Shown here piece by piece: positions 45,649-54,643 of a DNA stretch of 64,000 bases. The translations under genes were made by a program, and so were the position numbers. The notes beneath the pieces were generated by a model, which was not told the DNA's origin, did no database searches, and saw nothing but the letters and a program-made list of their open reading frames with translations. How positions within the stretch are numbered: position 1 is the stretch's first letter; each line of letters begins with the position of its first letter. Source of the DNA: Desulfobacterales bacterium (GTDB lineage Bacteria; Desulfobacterota; Desulfobacteria; Desulfobacterales; UBA11574); NCBI GenBank assembly GCA_035529735.1, contig DATKWE010000023.1, positions 332 through 64,331 on the forward strand. Direction: 5' to 3'.

Positions 45649-46254
45649 TTAATCCGTGGTATCCAAAACCTGATATCCAACCTTCTCCAGAGCTTCCCTG
45701 ATGACCTTTGTATCGCAGGGTGAAAGGCGGAAGTAATATACTCTTTTGCTTGGCTCCTGGACCGTCATACCGACATTGATGATATCTCCTCCATTGTCGT
45801 TGATGATCTGCAAAACGTTTTTAAAGCCGCCCGGCTCATCACCAACGACCAAATCGATCCGTGAACTTGCGGTCAGAAAGCCCATCATATCAATAAATGT
45901 CCGGAGAATATCCGTTGCCGTTATGATGCCCACCAGTTTGTCGTTTTGCACCACCGGCATCCCGCCGATTTTATGTTTGTAAATCAGTTGAGCGGCAATC
46001 TCGATATCATCATCCGGCCTCACGACAATCGGATTCTTTATTATCAAATCTTTAAGGGAAACGTCACCGAGCATGGAGGGTATGAGGCCCTGTTTTAAAT
46101 CAGCAAGCGTAATAAACCCTTTCAGTTTGTCTCCCTTGGCAACCACAGGAAGGTGCCGGATAGAGTTAATCTTCATAAGCTCGATAGCCTCCTGTATGGA
46201 GGCGTTTTCGGTGATCGTAATCGGATCGGGAATCATTAAAGAATTAATTTTCAT
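45649..46254 (-). CDS. CBS-pair protein with a C-terminal ACT-like domain (AcuB-like)
   Basis: Two CBS motifs (HLPVV, GGMPVV); 201 aa. Confidence 0.8.
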   Translation of the reverse strand: MKINSLMIPDPITITENASIQEAIELMKINSIRHLPVVAKGDKLKGFITLADLKQGLIPSMLGDVSLKDLIIKNPIVVRPDDDIEIAAQLIYKHKIGGMPVVQNDKLVGIITATDILRTFIDMMGFLTASSRIDLVVGDEPGGFKNVLQIINDNGGDIINVGMTVQEPSKRVYYFRLSPCDTKVIREALEKVGYQVLDTTD

Positions 46255-46358
46255 CGAATCTTCCTTTGGTCAATTTTTAAAGTCAGCAGCTTTATAAAAC
46301 CCCCGAATGCGCGAGGAGCGAGGATACCGATTTATCGGAGAGACGCGGTATCATCGGC

Positions 46359-46426
46359 TTGTCCGCCTCTGGAGGGTTTGTCCGCCGCAGAGGGTTTATC
46401 CGCCTCCGATGGGCTTTCCGGAACGG
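46359..46426. repeat. 18-19-nt tandem repeat, three units plus a partial
   Basis: Units are TTGTCCGCCTCTGGAGGGT, TTGTCCGCCGCAGAGGGT, TTATCCGCCTCCGATGGGC and TTTCCGGAACGG. Confidence 0.85.
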
Positions 46427-46436
46427 TAAAAGCCAT

Positions 46437-48539
46437 TTACTGACTGAATTTATCCAGTGAATTCAATACCAGTGTGATCGGCCTGTCTTCTTCACTTTTG
46501 CCGGAAAACCGTATGGGGCCCGGCCTTCTATAGTTATCGTCACCCGGCAATGCAGCGAGCCAATTCTCTCTTAACCTCTTGACAATTCTGAAAGAAGCGG
46601 AATTGACATCAACGATACTTTTTTCCAAAACAAGGGCAAGCTTCCCCTTTCTCTCTTCAAGGTGCATCAATGGAGCGATTGGAATTCCAAGGGGTTCCCA
46701 TGCCGAAAAATCCTTCTCTAAATTCCTTATGGCCGCCATCTGACCCGTTGCGCTATTGGCGATAAGGCTGAAAACCGTCATCCCCAAATTGTACGTATAA
46801 TTACAGTCAAAACGGGTTGGATCATTTCCTCTCCCGTCATAACCATAAAAATGAATCTGTGTTTTGAACTTTGGTACGGATGTGTGAAAAATTTTTTCAA
46901 TCGGAGAAGGAACATCTTCTTCTTCCGAGATCACATTCGCCTGTTCGAGGGCCTGTTTGAGCGTTTTAACGGAAATTATGGAAGACCGAATCAACAGGAA
47001 CTCGGCATCATTGTAATTCTTGAAAAGAATCGGGCCAAAGTAATTGGGGTCGAGTCCGCCTTTCTCCAGCATCTTCCGGTAATAGGCTTTTTTTATTCCG
47101 ATCTTATACGTTCCGTTCTCCTTTAAAATATTAAGATAGTCTTTGACCAGCCCCATGAGGACCGCCTCTGTCTTGACCTGGGAAAACTGAAAATTCCCGT
47201 GACTGTCTCTTTCCATGAGAAGCCCTTCCTGGAAAAATTCAGGAATGTCGTTGAACAGATCATCATCCCGGGTATTCCATATGGAAAAAGAACTGTCTTC
47301 CCTTGTACGCCTGGCAAGTCTCCGCAAATATTCCAGCTTGTCCTCAAGGGTGGGGAAATCCGTATGGAAATCGGTGTCGTGGGTTTCGTTATACTCGGCT
47401 ATAATTGTATTTAGCTTTATGATAAAAATCTGTATTTCATTGATAAATTCCAGAATCCCCTCTGGAATGACGACGACACCATAGTTTTTACCCACCGCAG
47501 CCCTTTGAACAATGCCGTCACAAATCACACGAGACAGATGTCTTAGGGTCATGCCATATGCATTATAATCGACATCCCCGGCTTCTATGGCGTTCTCTAT
47601 TCTCTTCGTGTCGATATAATCGCAAAGGTCCTCACCGATAAGCGTCATATTGGCATGGGTCTGCAGCGCAACTTCAAGGGCCAGGTGGCTGGCAACTCTG
47701 CCCATAACTTTGCAGATATGCCAATATTTTACATCTGAACTGCTGTCTGTGCAAAGATTGCTGATTGAACCGGCAAATGCCCTGGCCGCGGTATGAAATC
47801 CAAACGACATGGCGCATAAAACATTCCCGTCCGCGTCTCTGACCTGTATATCCCCGTCAATGGTTTTGGGAACGCCGATAACCTGGATATCATCTTTGAT
47901 CATTTCCTGTGCAAGAAATGCCGCATTGGTGTTCGAATCGTCCCCCCCGACAATGACAAGGGCGTCCAGACCCAGACTTTTGCAGGTCTCTTTTGAAAGG
48001 GCCATCTTCTGTGAAGAGTCTATTTTTGTTCGGCCCGTTTTGATCATGGTAAAACCGCCAAGGTTTCTGTAAGCGTCGACCAGGCTGCCGGTGATCTCAA
48101 TGGCTTCATTTTCAACGATACCGTCCGGACCGAGAAGGAAACCGTAGAGGATCGTCTCAGGGTTGGCCTTTTTGGCAGCATCATATAATCCTGCGATGAC
48201 GTTATGCCCTCCAGGAGCAGGCCCCCCTGAAAATACAATGCCGATGTTGCGCTTTTTGCAGTATCTTTCTTTGAAAGATTCTTCAGGTGAATCCAGACCT
48301 GTAATCGTCTGAACCTTATTGTTTATGATGCCCGGCAACTGTTTTCTTGCTTCCCGATCAATCGTGAATTTAAAACGATCGTTATCTTCCAAAATAGTAT
48401 AGGCACTTTCAAATATTTTGCATTTGGGTGGGACGTATCCTCTTCTTTCGATCAGCTCCGGATTGATGCAGCTGATCGCTCTTTGAACCTCGGTATTTTT
48501 AAACAGGTCTTCAGTGCTGAAGGGATCTATATCTTTCAT
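46437..48539 (-). CDS. pfp: Pyrophosphate-dependent 6-phosphofructokinase, long form
   Basis: GGDDS and PKTIDGD motifs (PPi-type residues). Start moved to ATG 48539 with SD GGGGGAGAGG. Confidence 0.85.
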   Translation of the reverse strand: MKDIDPFSTEDLFKNTEVQRAISCINPELIERRGYVPPKCKIFESAYTILEDNDRFKFTIDREARKQLPGIINNKVQTITGLDSPEESFKERYCKKRNIGIVFSGGPAPGGHNVIAGLYDAAKKANPETILYGFLLGPDGIVENEAIEITGSLVDAYRNLGGFTMIKTGRTKIDSSQKMALSKETCKSLGLDALVIVGGDDSNTNAAFLAQEMIKDDIQVIGVPKTIDGDIQVRDADGNVLCAMSFGFHTAARAFAGSISNLCTDSSSDVKYWHICKVMGRVASHLALEVALQTHANMTLIGEDLCDYIDTKRIENAIEAGDVDYNAYGMTLRHLSRVICDGIVQRAAVGKNYGVVVIPEGILEFINEIQIFIIKLNTIIAEYNETHDTDFHTDFPTLEDKLEYLRRLARRTREDSSFSIWNTRDDDLFNDIPEFFQEGLLMERDSHGNFQFSQVKTEAVLMGLVKDYLNILKENGTYKIGIKKAYYRKMLEKGGLDPNYFGPILFKNYNDAEFLLIRSSIISVKTLKQALEQANVISEEEDVPSPIEKIFHTSVPKFKTQIHFYGYDGRGNDPTRFDCNYTYNLGMTVFSLIANSATGQMAAIRNLEKDFSAWEPLGIPIAPLMHLEERKGKLALVLEKSIVDVNSASFRIVKRLRENWLAALPGDDNYRRPGPIRFSGKSEEDRPITLVLNSLDKFSQ

Positions 48540-48890
48540 CGCACCTCTCCCCCAATGGCAATTATTGAAGTTAAACAATCGCTTCGAGATTCCATTTAAA
48601 GCGGCTTCGCCGCTTTAAAAAAAACCTGTGCTATGGAGTTTTCTATTCTATCGTAGGGACAACACATTTTATTTTCCAGGCTGATAATATCTATTCTCAA
48701 ATGGTTGTGTCAACATTATTCGGTTTCCCCTGGTGCTCACGTGAAAAACGATTTTGTAAAAAATCTTGATTTCTCTAAGCCTGCTTGTTATTAAAAATTT
48801 GAATGACAGGGGCAGCAAAGCACCGTTGACAAATCCATCCATCATGCCCTCAATCAGGGTTTCACGATACTGCCAGGAATTAAAGAAAGA

Positions 48891-49733
48891 TTGAAAATGA
48901 AAAAAGGGTTGCCCAGCATATCATTGGCAATTGTTATGTTATCCTGCTGGGTCTGTGCATCCGCCATCGGGGCGGATATTGACCTCGCAAAAAAATCGAC
49001 CCTTGAAACCATCCTCAAAAGAGGTGAGCTTTGGGTCGGATTCGACTCGGGCTACATGCCCTTTGAAATGACCGATCAAAAGGGACGATATGTCGGATTT
49101 GATATCGATATGGCCAAAGAAATGGCCAAGGCTTTGGGCGTCAAATTCGTTCCGATTAACACGGCATGGGATGATATCATTCCGTCTCTTACAACGGGGA
49201 AGTTTGATATCATCATCAGCGGAATGACCATAACCCAGGAAAGAAACCTCAAGATTAATTTTGCCGATCCGTATATTATTGTCGGTCAGACAATCCTGTT
49301 AAATAAAAAACATGCCGGTAAAATAAAATCCTACAAGGACCTGAACGATTCCCGATACATTGTAACCTCCCAATCCAGCACCACCGGTGAAGGGGCTGTA
49401 AAAATCCTGATTCCAAAATGTACTTACAAATCCTTTAAAACTGAAAATGAAGCCGTGAGTGAGGTTTTGAACGGCAGAGCAGATGCTTTTGTATATGACC
49501 TGCCCTTTTGTGCTGTTGTTATGGCCATGCAGGAGAAAGGCAAACTTTTTTTTCTTGACACGCCGTTTACCTATGAACCCCTCGCATGGGCTGTGAGAAA
49601 AACCGACCCTGATTTCCTGAACTGGCTCAACAACTTTTTAAGACAGATCAAAAACGATGGACGGTATGACAGAATTTACAATCGGTGGATAAAAAGTACG
49701 GACTGGATTAAAAATGTTCAACGACTCGACTGA
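48891..49733 (+). CDS. Polar amino acid ABC transporter substrate-binding protein, paralogue 1
   Basis: Signal peptide; SBP_bac_3 pattern (GFDIDMAKEMAK, SGMTITQER). The start may be ATG 48897. Confidence 0.85.
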   Translation: MKMKKGLPSISLAIVMLSCWVCASAIGADIDLAKKSTLETILKRGELWVGFDSGYMPFEMTDQKGRYVGFDIDMAKEMAKALGVKFVPINTAWDDIIPSLTTGKFDIIISGMTITQERNLKINFADPYIIVGQTILLNKKHAGKIKSYKDLNDSRYIVTSQSSTTGEGAVKILIPKCTYKSFKTENEAVSEVLNGRADAFVYDLPFCAVVMAMQEKGKLFFLDTPFTYEPLAWAVRKTDPDFLNWLNNFLRQIKNDGRYDRIYNRWIKSTDWIKNVQRLD

Positions 49734-49812
49734 AGGTGTCGAGTTCAAACCGACCGCCGCCATTTTTTTAAATAGTGTTTAACATTTTCCCCTTTGAAAA
49801 AGGAAGATACCC

Positions 49813-50013
49813 ATGGATGTTAAAAAGAAGCCGAAGGTGATCGGAGAAAAACAAAAACGGAAATCCCATGAAACGGGCGCGGTTGAACTGATATGCCTCA
49901 AGTGCCGGCGCACCGAGATCCATTATCTGTCTACCGAAGAAATCCCCAAATGTTCGGACTGTGATGTCCGTATGGTAATCAGGGAAGTTTTGAGAGAAGG
50001 AAAGTCATACTGA
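49813..50013 (+). CDS. Small zinc-ribbon protein (66 aa)
   Basis: Lys-rich N-terminus followed by CLKC...CSDC. SD AAGGAAG 7 nt upstream. Confidence 0.5.
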   Translation: MDVKKKPKVIGEKQKRKSHETGAVELICLKCRRTEIHYLSTEEIPKCSDCDVRMVIREVLREGKSY

Positions 50014-50083
50014 CCAAAACTTGAAAAATCATCAATCTTGGCCGCTAAATTGACAGCCAAAAACACCAACGGAGGAACGCATT

Positions 50084-50911
50084 ATGAAAAAAAATTTTAT
50101 TTTTGGAATTGCTGCGATCTTTGTCATGTTTTTTTGTCTCTCCACATCTGCACTGGCCGCCGATATCGGGCTTGCCAAAAAATCGACACTGGAATCGATC
50201 CTAAAGAAAGGTGAGCTACGGGTCGGTTTTGAAGCCGGGTACATGCCCTTTGAAATGACGAACAAAAAAGGACAATTCGTCGGCTTTGACATCGATATGG
50301 CAAAAGAGATGGCCAAGGCCATGGGCGTCAAATTCGTTCCCGTCAATACAGCATGGGACGGCATCATTCCTTCTCTCATCACAAACAAATTTGATATTAT
50401 CATGAGCGGTATGACCGTAACACAGGAAAGGAACCTCAAGATTAATTTTGCCGATCCGTATATTATTGTCGGACAGAGCATCTTGTTAAACAAAAAACAT
50501 GCGGGCAAGATAACATCCTACAAAGACCTGAACGATTCCAAATTCATCGTAACATCAAAACTCGGCACCACCGGAGAACAGGCCGTAAAAAGACTCATTC
50601 CAAAATGTACGTACAAATCCTTTGAAACCGAACCGGAAGCAGCCCTTGAAGTGGTTAACGGAAAAGCCGATGCGTTTGTGTATGACCTCCCCTACTGTGT
50701 TGTATTTATGGGCCAGCAGGGAGCAGGCAAGCTGGTCTTCCTCGACCAGCCGTTTACTTTTGAGCCCCTTGCATGGGCAGTTACAAAAGGTGATCCCGAT
50801 TTTATGAACTGGCTGAACAACTTTTTAAGACAGATCAAAAACGATGGGCGGTATGACAGAATTTACAACAAGTGGATTAAGAGTACGGAATGGATCAAAA
50901 ATGTTCAGTAG
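50084..50911 (+). CDS. Polar amino acid ABC transporter substrate-binding protein, paralogue 2
   Basis: Signal peptide; collinear with 48891-49733 including a 41-nt identical run. Confidence 0.9.
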   Translation: MKKNFIFGIAAIFVMFFCLSTSALAADIGLAKKSTLESILKKGELRVGFEAGYMPFEMTNKKGQFVGFDIDMAKEMAKAMGVKFVPVNTAWDGIIPSLITNKFDIIMSGMTVTQERNLKINFADPYIIVGQSILLNKKHAGKITSYKDLNDSKFIVTSKLGTTGEQAVKRLIPKCTYKSFETEPEAALEVVNGKADAFVYDLPYCVVFMGQQGAGKLVFLDQPFTFEPLAWAVTKGDPDFMNWLNNFLRQIKNDGRYDRIYNKWIKSTEWIKNVQ

Positions 50912-50961
50912 ACTCGACCTATAACAACCGATTCTGAAACAGGCCGGCCGAACCTTATTTT

Positions 50962-50984
50962 ACAGGTCCTGCCGACCTGTTTTT
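50962..50984 (+). terminator. Hairpin plus short T-run after SBP2 (attenuating terminator candidate)
   Basis: ACAGGTC-CTGCC-GACCTGT followed by TTTT. Confidence 0.45.
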
Positions 50985-51077
50985 AAGTACGCCCAAAAAA
51001 TCCGTTCCGGACAAATGGGGTTTATAAATTGAATCGACGCGCCTTAACCATTAAATACGGACAGATGAGGTTGACAG

Positions 51078-52088
51078 ATGGGTTCACAGTTACTCGCAAA
51101 TCGCCTAAAAGATAGAAACTACTATTATGTCTGGGTCGGCGTTTTTTTTCTTATCATAATATCTATCCTCCTATCCCTTTATTTTTCTGCACGACAGATT
51201 GACTATACATGGCGATGGTATCGAATTCCCAAATACTTTGCCTATCAGGAACAGGTCGAAATAACGTCGGAAACAGATGGTGAAGTTGAAAGCATCTCAA
51301 AGAAAGGCAAAGAAGCTGTTGTCCGGATAAAAGGCCTCGAAGGGGTTGAATCGCATGCCGTCCCGGCAAGCGCTTTAGTGGTAGAAGAAGGTGATCAAAT
51401 ATATTACGGTGACCGACTGGCCGCTTATAAAAAGTGGCGGGTCGGCATCCTAATGCAAGGTCTGTGGCTTACGTTAAAGGTCAGTATCATCGCCATTGTT
51501 TTCGGAATCCTCATCGGTCTGTTCACCGGCATTGCACGCATATCCTCCAACCCCGCATTAAAATGGTCCGCAATAACATATATCGAGCTGATTCGCGGAT
51601 CGCCCCTGCTGGTACAAATTTTTATCTGGTATTTTGTTCTTGGAACATTACTGAATAATCTCCTTGCCACGCATGGGATTGACCAGATTCCTGCACTCTG
51701 GTTCGGCGTTGCAGCCCTTGCCTGTTTTACAGGCGCATACGTGGCGGAAATGGTAAGGGCCGGTATACAGTCCATTCATCGGGGACAGACCGAAGCGGCC
51801 CGATCGCTGGGCATGACCTACGTTAAGTCCATGCAGCATGTTATTCTTCCACAGGCCCTGCGAAGAATTCTGCCGCCCCTGGCCGGTCAGTTTATCAGCC
51901 TCATCAAAGATTCTTCGCTGCTGGGCATCATCGCAATTCGAGAGTTGACAAAGGCGACCCGTGAAGTGGTTACAACCAGCCTGCAACCCTTTGAACTCTG
52001 GTTTGTATGTGCACTGTTGTATCTTGTTTTGACATTTTCACTTTCAATGTTATTACAGTATCTTGAAAGGAGGCAATTTGCGGTATGA
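51078..52088 (+). CDS. Polar amino acid ABC permease with a ~125-aa N-terminal extension, paralogue 1
   Basis: The C-terminal 210 aa is a HisM/GlnP-type permease ([19 protein letters not shown]). The N-terminus has 1 TM plus a beta-rich domain. Confidence 0.85.
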   Translation: MGSQLLANRLKDRNYYYVWVGVFFLIIISILLSLYFSARQIDYTWRWYRIPKYFAYQEQVEITSETDGEVESISKKGKEAVVRIKGLEGVESHAVPASALVVEEGDQIYYGDRLAAYKKWRVGILMQGLWLTLKVSIIAIVFGILIGLFTGIARISSNPALKWSAITYIELIRGSPLLVQIFIWYFVLGTLLNNLLATHGIDQIPALWFGVAALACFTGAYVAEMVRAGIQSIHRGQTEAARSLGMTYVKSMQHVILPQALRRILPPLAGQFISLIKDSSLLGIIAIRELTKATREVVTTSLQPFELWFVCALLYLVLTFSLSMLLQYLERRQFAV

Positions 52089-52819
52089 TCGATGTTAAAA
52101 ATATTTCCAAAACCTTCAAAGGTCATTCAACGGAGGTTAAGGCGCTGGTTAATGTAACCGCTAAAGTCGATAAAGGAGAAGTCGTCGTGGTGCTAGGTCC
52201 ATCCGGGTCCGGCAAAAGTACCTTTATCAGATGTCTGAACTATCTGAACGTGGCAGATGAGGGGAGTATCGTTATTGACGGTATCGATATCCTCGACCCC
52301 AAAACCGACATAAACAAGGTTCGTGCTGAAGTCGGCATGGTGTTTCAATCCTTCAACCTGTTTCCGCATAAAACTGTCCTTGAAAATGTAACCCTGGCGC
52401 CGATGGTTGTACGGAAAAAATCTAAAGAAGACGCCAAGAAGAAAGGCATGGAGCTGCTGGAAAAAGTCGGCATTCTGGACAAAGCCGATGTTTATCCGGA
52501 CCAGTTGTCAGGTGGACAGCAGCAGCGTGTGGCCATCGCCCGTGCCCTGGCCATGGAACCTAAAGTGATGCTCTTTGACGAGCCGACTTCGGCACTCGAC
52601 CCTGAAATGGTCGGTGAAGTTCTCGATGTAATGAAAAATCTGGCCCGGGAAGGTATGACAATGGTGGTTGTTTCCCATGAAATGGGATTCGCCAGAGAAG
52701 TGGCGGATAGAGTTGTTTTCATGGATGAAGGCGCCGTTGTAGAAGTCGGGACACCCGAGCATTTCTTCACAAATCCCACCCATGAAAGGACCAAGCTTTT
52801 TTTAAGCCAGATTCTATAA
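52085..52819 (+). CDS. Polar amino acid ABC transporter ATPase (GlnQ-type)
   Basis: [35 protein letters not shown]. Confidence 0.95.
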   Translation: MIDVKNISKTFKGHSTEVKALVNVTAKVDKGEVVVVLGPSGSGKSTFIRCLNYLNVADEGSIVIDGIDILDPKTDINKVRAEVGMVFQSFNLFPHKTVLENVTLAPMVVRKKSKEDAKKKGMELLEKVGILDKADVYPDQLSGGQQQRVAIARALAMEPKVMLFDEPTSALDPEMVGEVLDVMKNLAREGMTMVVVSHEMGFAREVADRVVFMDEGAVVEVGTPEHFFTNPTHERTKLFLSQIL

Positions 52820-53028
52820 AATACAGTTGCCTGTGATCCTAAATTCTCATATGGAGTTTACATGCTCGTCTTATATGTGCTAACCTCTCGCCATACTGCG
52901 CCTTTAGCGTAATTCCAAAAAATATATTCCCATTGAACGCCGGCTGATCATCCGATATCATCTTTGATCAACGGGAAAAAAATTAACCCATCAAGCCTGA
53001 CACTATCCAGAATTCATGAGGTGAACAG

Positions 53029-54039
53029 ATGAATTTTTCGTCAATTCCGAGACCGTTTAAAAAAAGCAACGCCTATTATCTCTGGGTATGTGTCTTTATT
53101 CTGATCGTCTTGGGAATTACTTCATCTCTTTATTATTCTGCGCTTAAAATCGACTATGTATGGAGATGGTATAGAATTCCCCAATATTTTGTATATCATG
53201 ATATCGTTGAAATCAAAGCGGATATAGCGGGAGAAATAGAATCTATCCAATTAAAAGACGAAAAAGCCGTTATCCGCGTAACCGGAGATGATGAAACCAA
53301 ATCCTATACCGTTCCGACTTCGGATATTCGTGTATTTGAAGGCGATCTTATCTCTCCGGGGGATATACTGGCCACGTATAAAAAGTGGCGTATTGGTATT
53401 TTAATGGAAGGGCTGTGGCTGACCTTAAAGGTCAGCGTAATAGCGATTGTTTTTGGAATTTTCATTGGTCTGTTCACCGGCATTGCACGCATATCCTCCA
53501 ACCCTGCATTAAAATGGTCTGCAATCACCTATATTGAGTTTATCCGAGGTTCTCCTCTGCTGGTACAAATCTTTATCTGGTATTTTGTTTTGGGGACCCT
53601 GATCAATAATGTCCTCGCCATACAGGGAATCGCTCAGATTCCTCCACTGTGGTTCGGGGTCGCAGCCCTTGCCTTTTTTACAGGGGCGTATGTTGCGGAA
53701 ATGGTACGGGCCGGCATCCAATCCATTCATTTCGGTCAAACTGAAGCCGCCCAATCTTTGGGCATGACCTATATTCAGTCTATGCGGTATATTATTCTGC
53801 CTCAGGCCCTGCGAAGAATCCTTCCCCCCCTTGCCGGTCAATTCATCAGCCTCATAAAAGATTCATCTTTGCTTGGTATTATTGCGATCCGGGAACTGAC
53901 CAAGGCAACACGCGAAGTTATTACCACCAGCCTTCAACCGTTTGAACTCTGGTTTGTTTGTGCAATTTTATATCTTATTTTGACCTTTTCCCTCTCCATG
54001 TTTGTACAATACCTGGAAAGGAGAACAGAGATTACCTGA
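53029..54039 (+). CDS. Polar amino acid ABC permease with an N-terminal extension, paralogue 2
   Basis: Collinear with 51078-52088. The permease core is nearly identical and the N-terminal domain is divergent. Confidence 0.85.
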   Translation: MNFSSIPRPFKKSNAYYLWVCVFILIVLGITSSLYYSALKIDYVWRWYRIPQYFVYHDIVEIKADIAGEIESIQLKDEKAVIRVTGDDETKSYTVPTSDIRVFEGDLISPGDILATYKKWRIGILMEGLWLTLKVSVIAIVFGIFIGLFTGIARISSNPALKWSAITYIEFIRGSPLLVQIFIWYFVLGTLINNVLAIQGIAQIPPLWFGVAALAFFTGAYVAEMVRAGIQSIHFGQTEAAQSLGMTYIQSMRYIILPQALRRILPPLAGQFISLIKDSSLLGIIAIRELTKATREVITTSLQPFELWFVCAILYLILTFSLSMFVQYLERRTEIT

Positions 54040-54151
54040 TCGTTTGTTTCGATTTACCCTAACATGGATGGAGGCGTTGTTTACCACCCACGACCCCAAT
54101 GGCGTCAAAACTCCATTGGAGGTTATCTGTTTTCGGTGATCATTCGAACCA

Positions 54152-54268
54152 TCAACTCCAGGAAAGCTGCCGGAAAGTATACGCCGCAAGAAACAGTGCA
54201 AAAAGGATTAAAACGATCCATTTTACAACAAACGCTATGATTGAGGTTTTTCTTTTTTCTTTGGGCAT
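54152..54268 (-). CDS. Possible 38-aa single-TM peptide (speculative)
   Basis: MPKEKRKTSIIAFVVKWIVLILFALFLAAYTFRQLSWS*; no clear SD. Confidence 0.2.
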   Translation of the reverse strand: MPKEKRKTSIIAFVVKWIVLILFALFLAAYTFRQLSWS

Positions 54269-54294
54269 TTGAACATTCTATTTTTAAGGTCTTT

Positions 54295-54462
54295 TTATTT
54301 TTTCATGGAATATTCGGGCAACGCCGATGCCTTCTTCCTCGACTTCGGAAATTTCCTGAGACATTTTTTGTCTTCCCGAATAATTGCACAGACTTTCCGG
54401 TTATGAAGCTCTTTACAGTTATCGTGATTGTACAAAGGGCATTCTGGATATTGCTTAGACAT
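54295..54462 (-). CDS. Possible 55-aa Cys-rich small protein, not in the ORF track
   Basis: MSKQYPECPLYNHDNCKELHNRKVCAIIREDKKCLRKFPKSRKKASALPEYSMKK*. Four Cys at 8-9-residue spacing and a basic tail. Confidence 0.35.
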   Translation of the reverse strand: MSKQYPECPLYNHDNCKELHNRKVCAIIREDKKCLRKFPKSRKKASALPEYSMKK

Positions 54463-54623
54463 TTCGATTCTTTTTGTCCATAAACCGGGTATTTATCCTA
54501 ACATAGATAGACAACAGGGCCGGCATTAATAAAAATATTATTATTGGTTTATTCCCCATATAACGGGCCATTCTGAAAGGCATTGGAAGCTGCATCCAAA
54601 GATTATGACAAAATTCCCCGATT

Positions 54624-54643
54624 GTTTACGATCAATCAGGGTT
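54624..54643 (+). repeat. Copy c of the dispersed 20-mer (GTTTACGATCAATCAGGGTT, 19/20)
   Basis: One T>C change relative to copies a and b. It abuts the stop codon of the Grx-TrxR gene. Confidence 0.9.

Noticed and set aside
43262-46426. Possible CRISPR arrays at the 21-nt (43.3 kb) and 19-nt (46.4 kb) repeats.
   Set aside because: There are only 2-3.5 units. The repeats are shorter than CRISPR repeats, the 46.4-kb units are contiguous with no spacers, and no cas genes are present.
48598-48616. Hairpin AAAGCGGC-TTC-GCCGCTTT as a terminator.
   Set aside because: The U-tract precedes the stem on the minus strand and an A-tract follows it on the plus strand. The element lies upstream of both divergent genes, so the geometry does not fit an intrinsic terminator.
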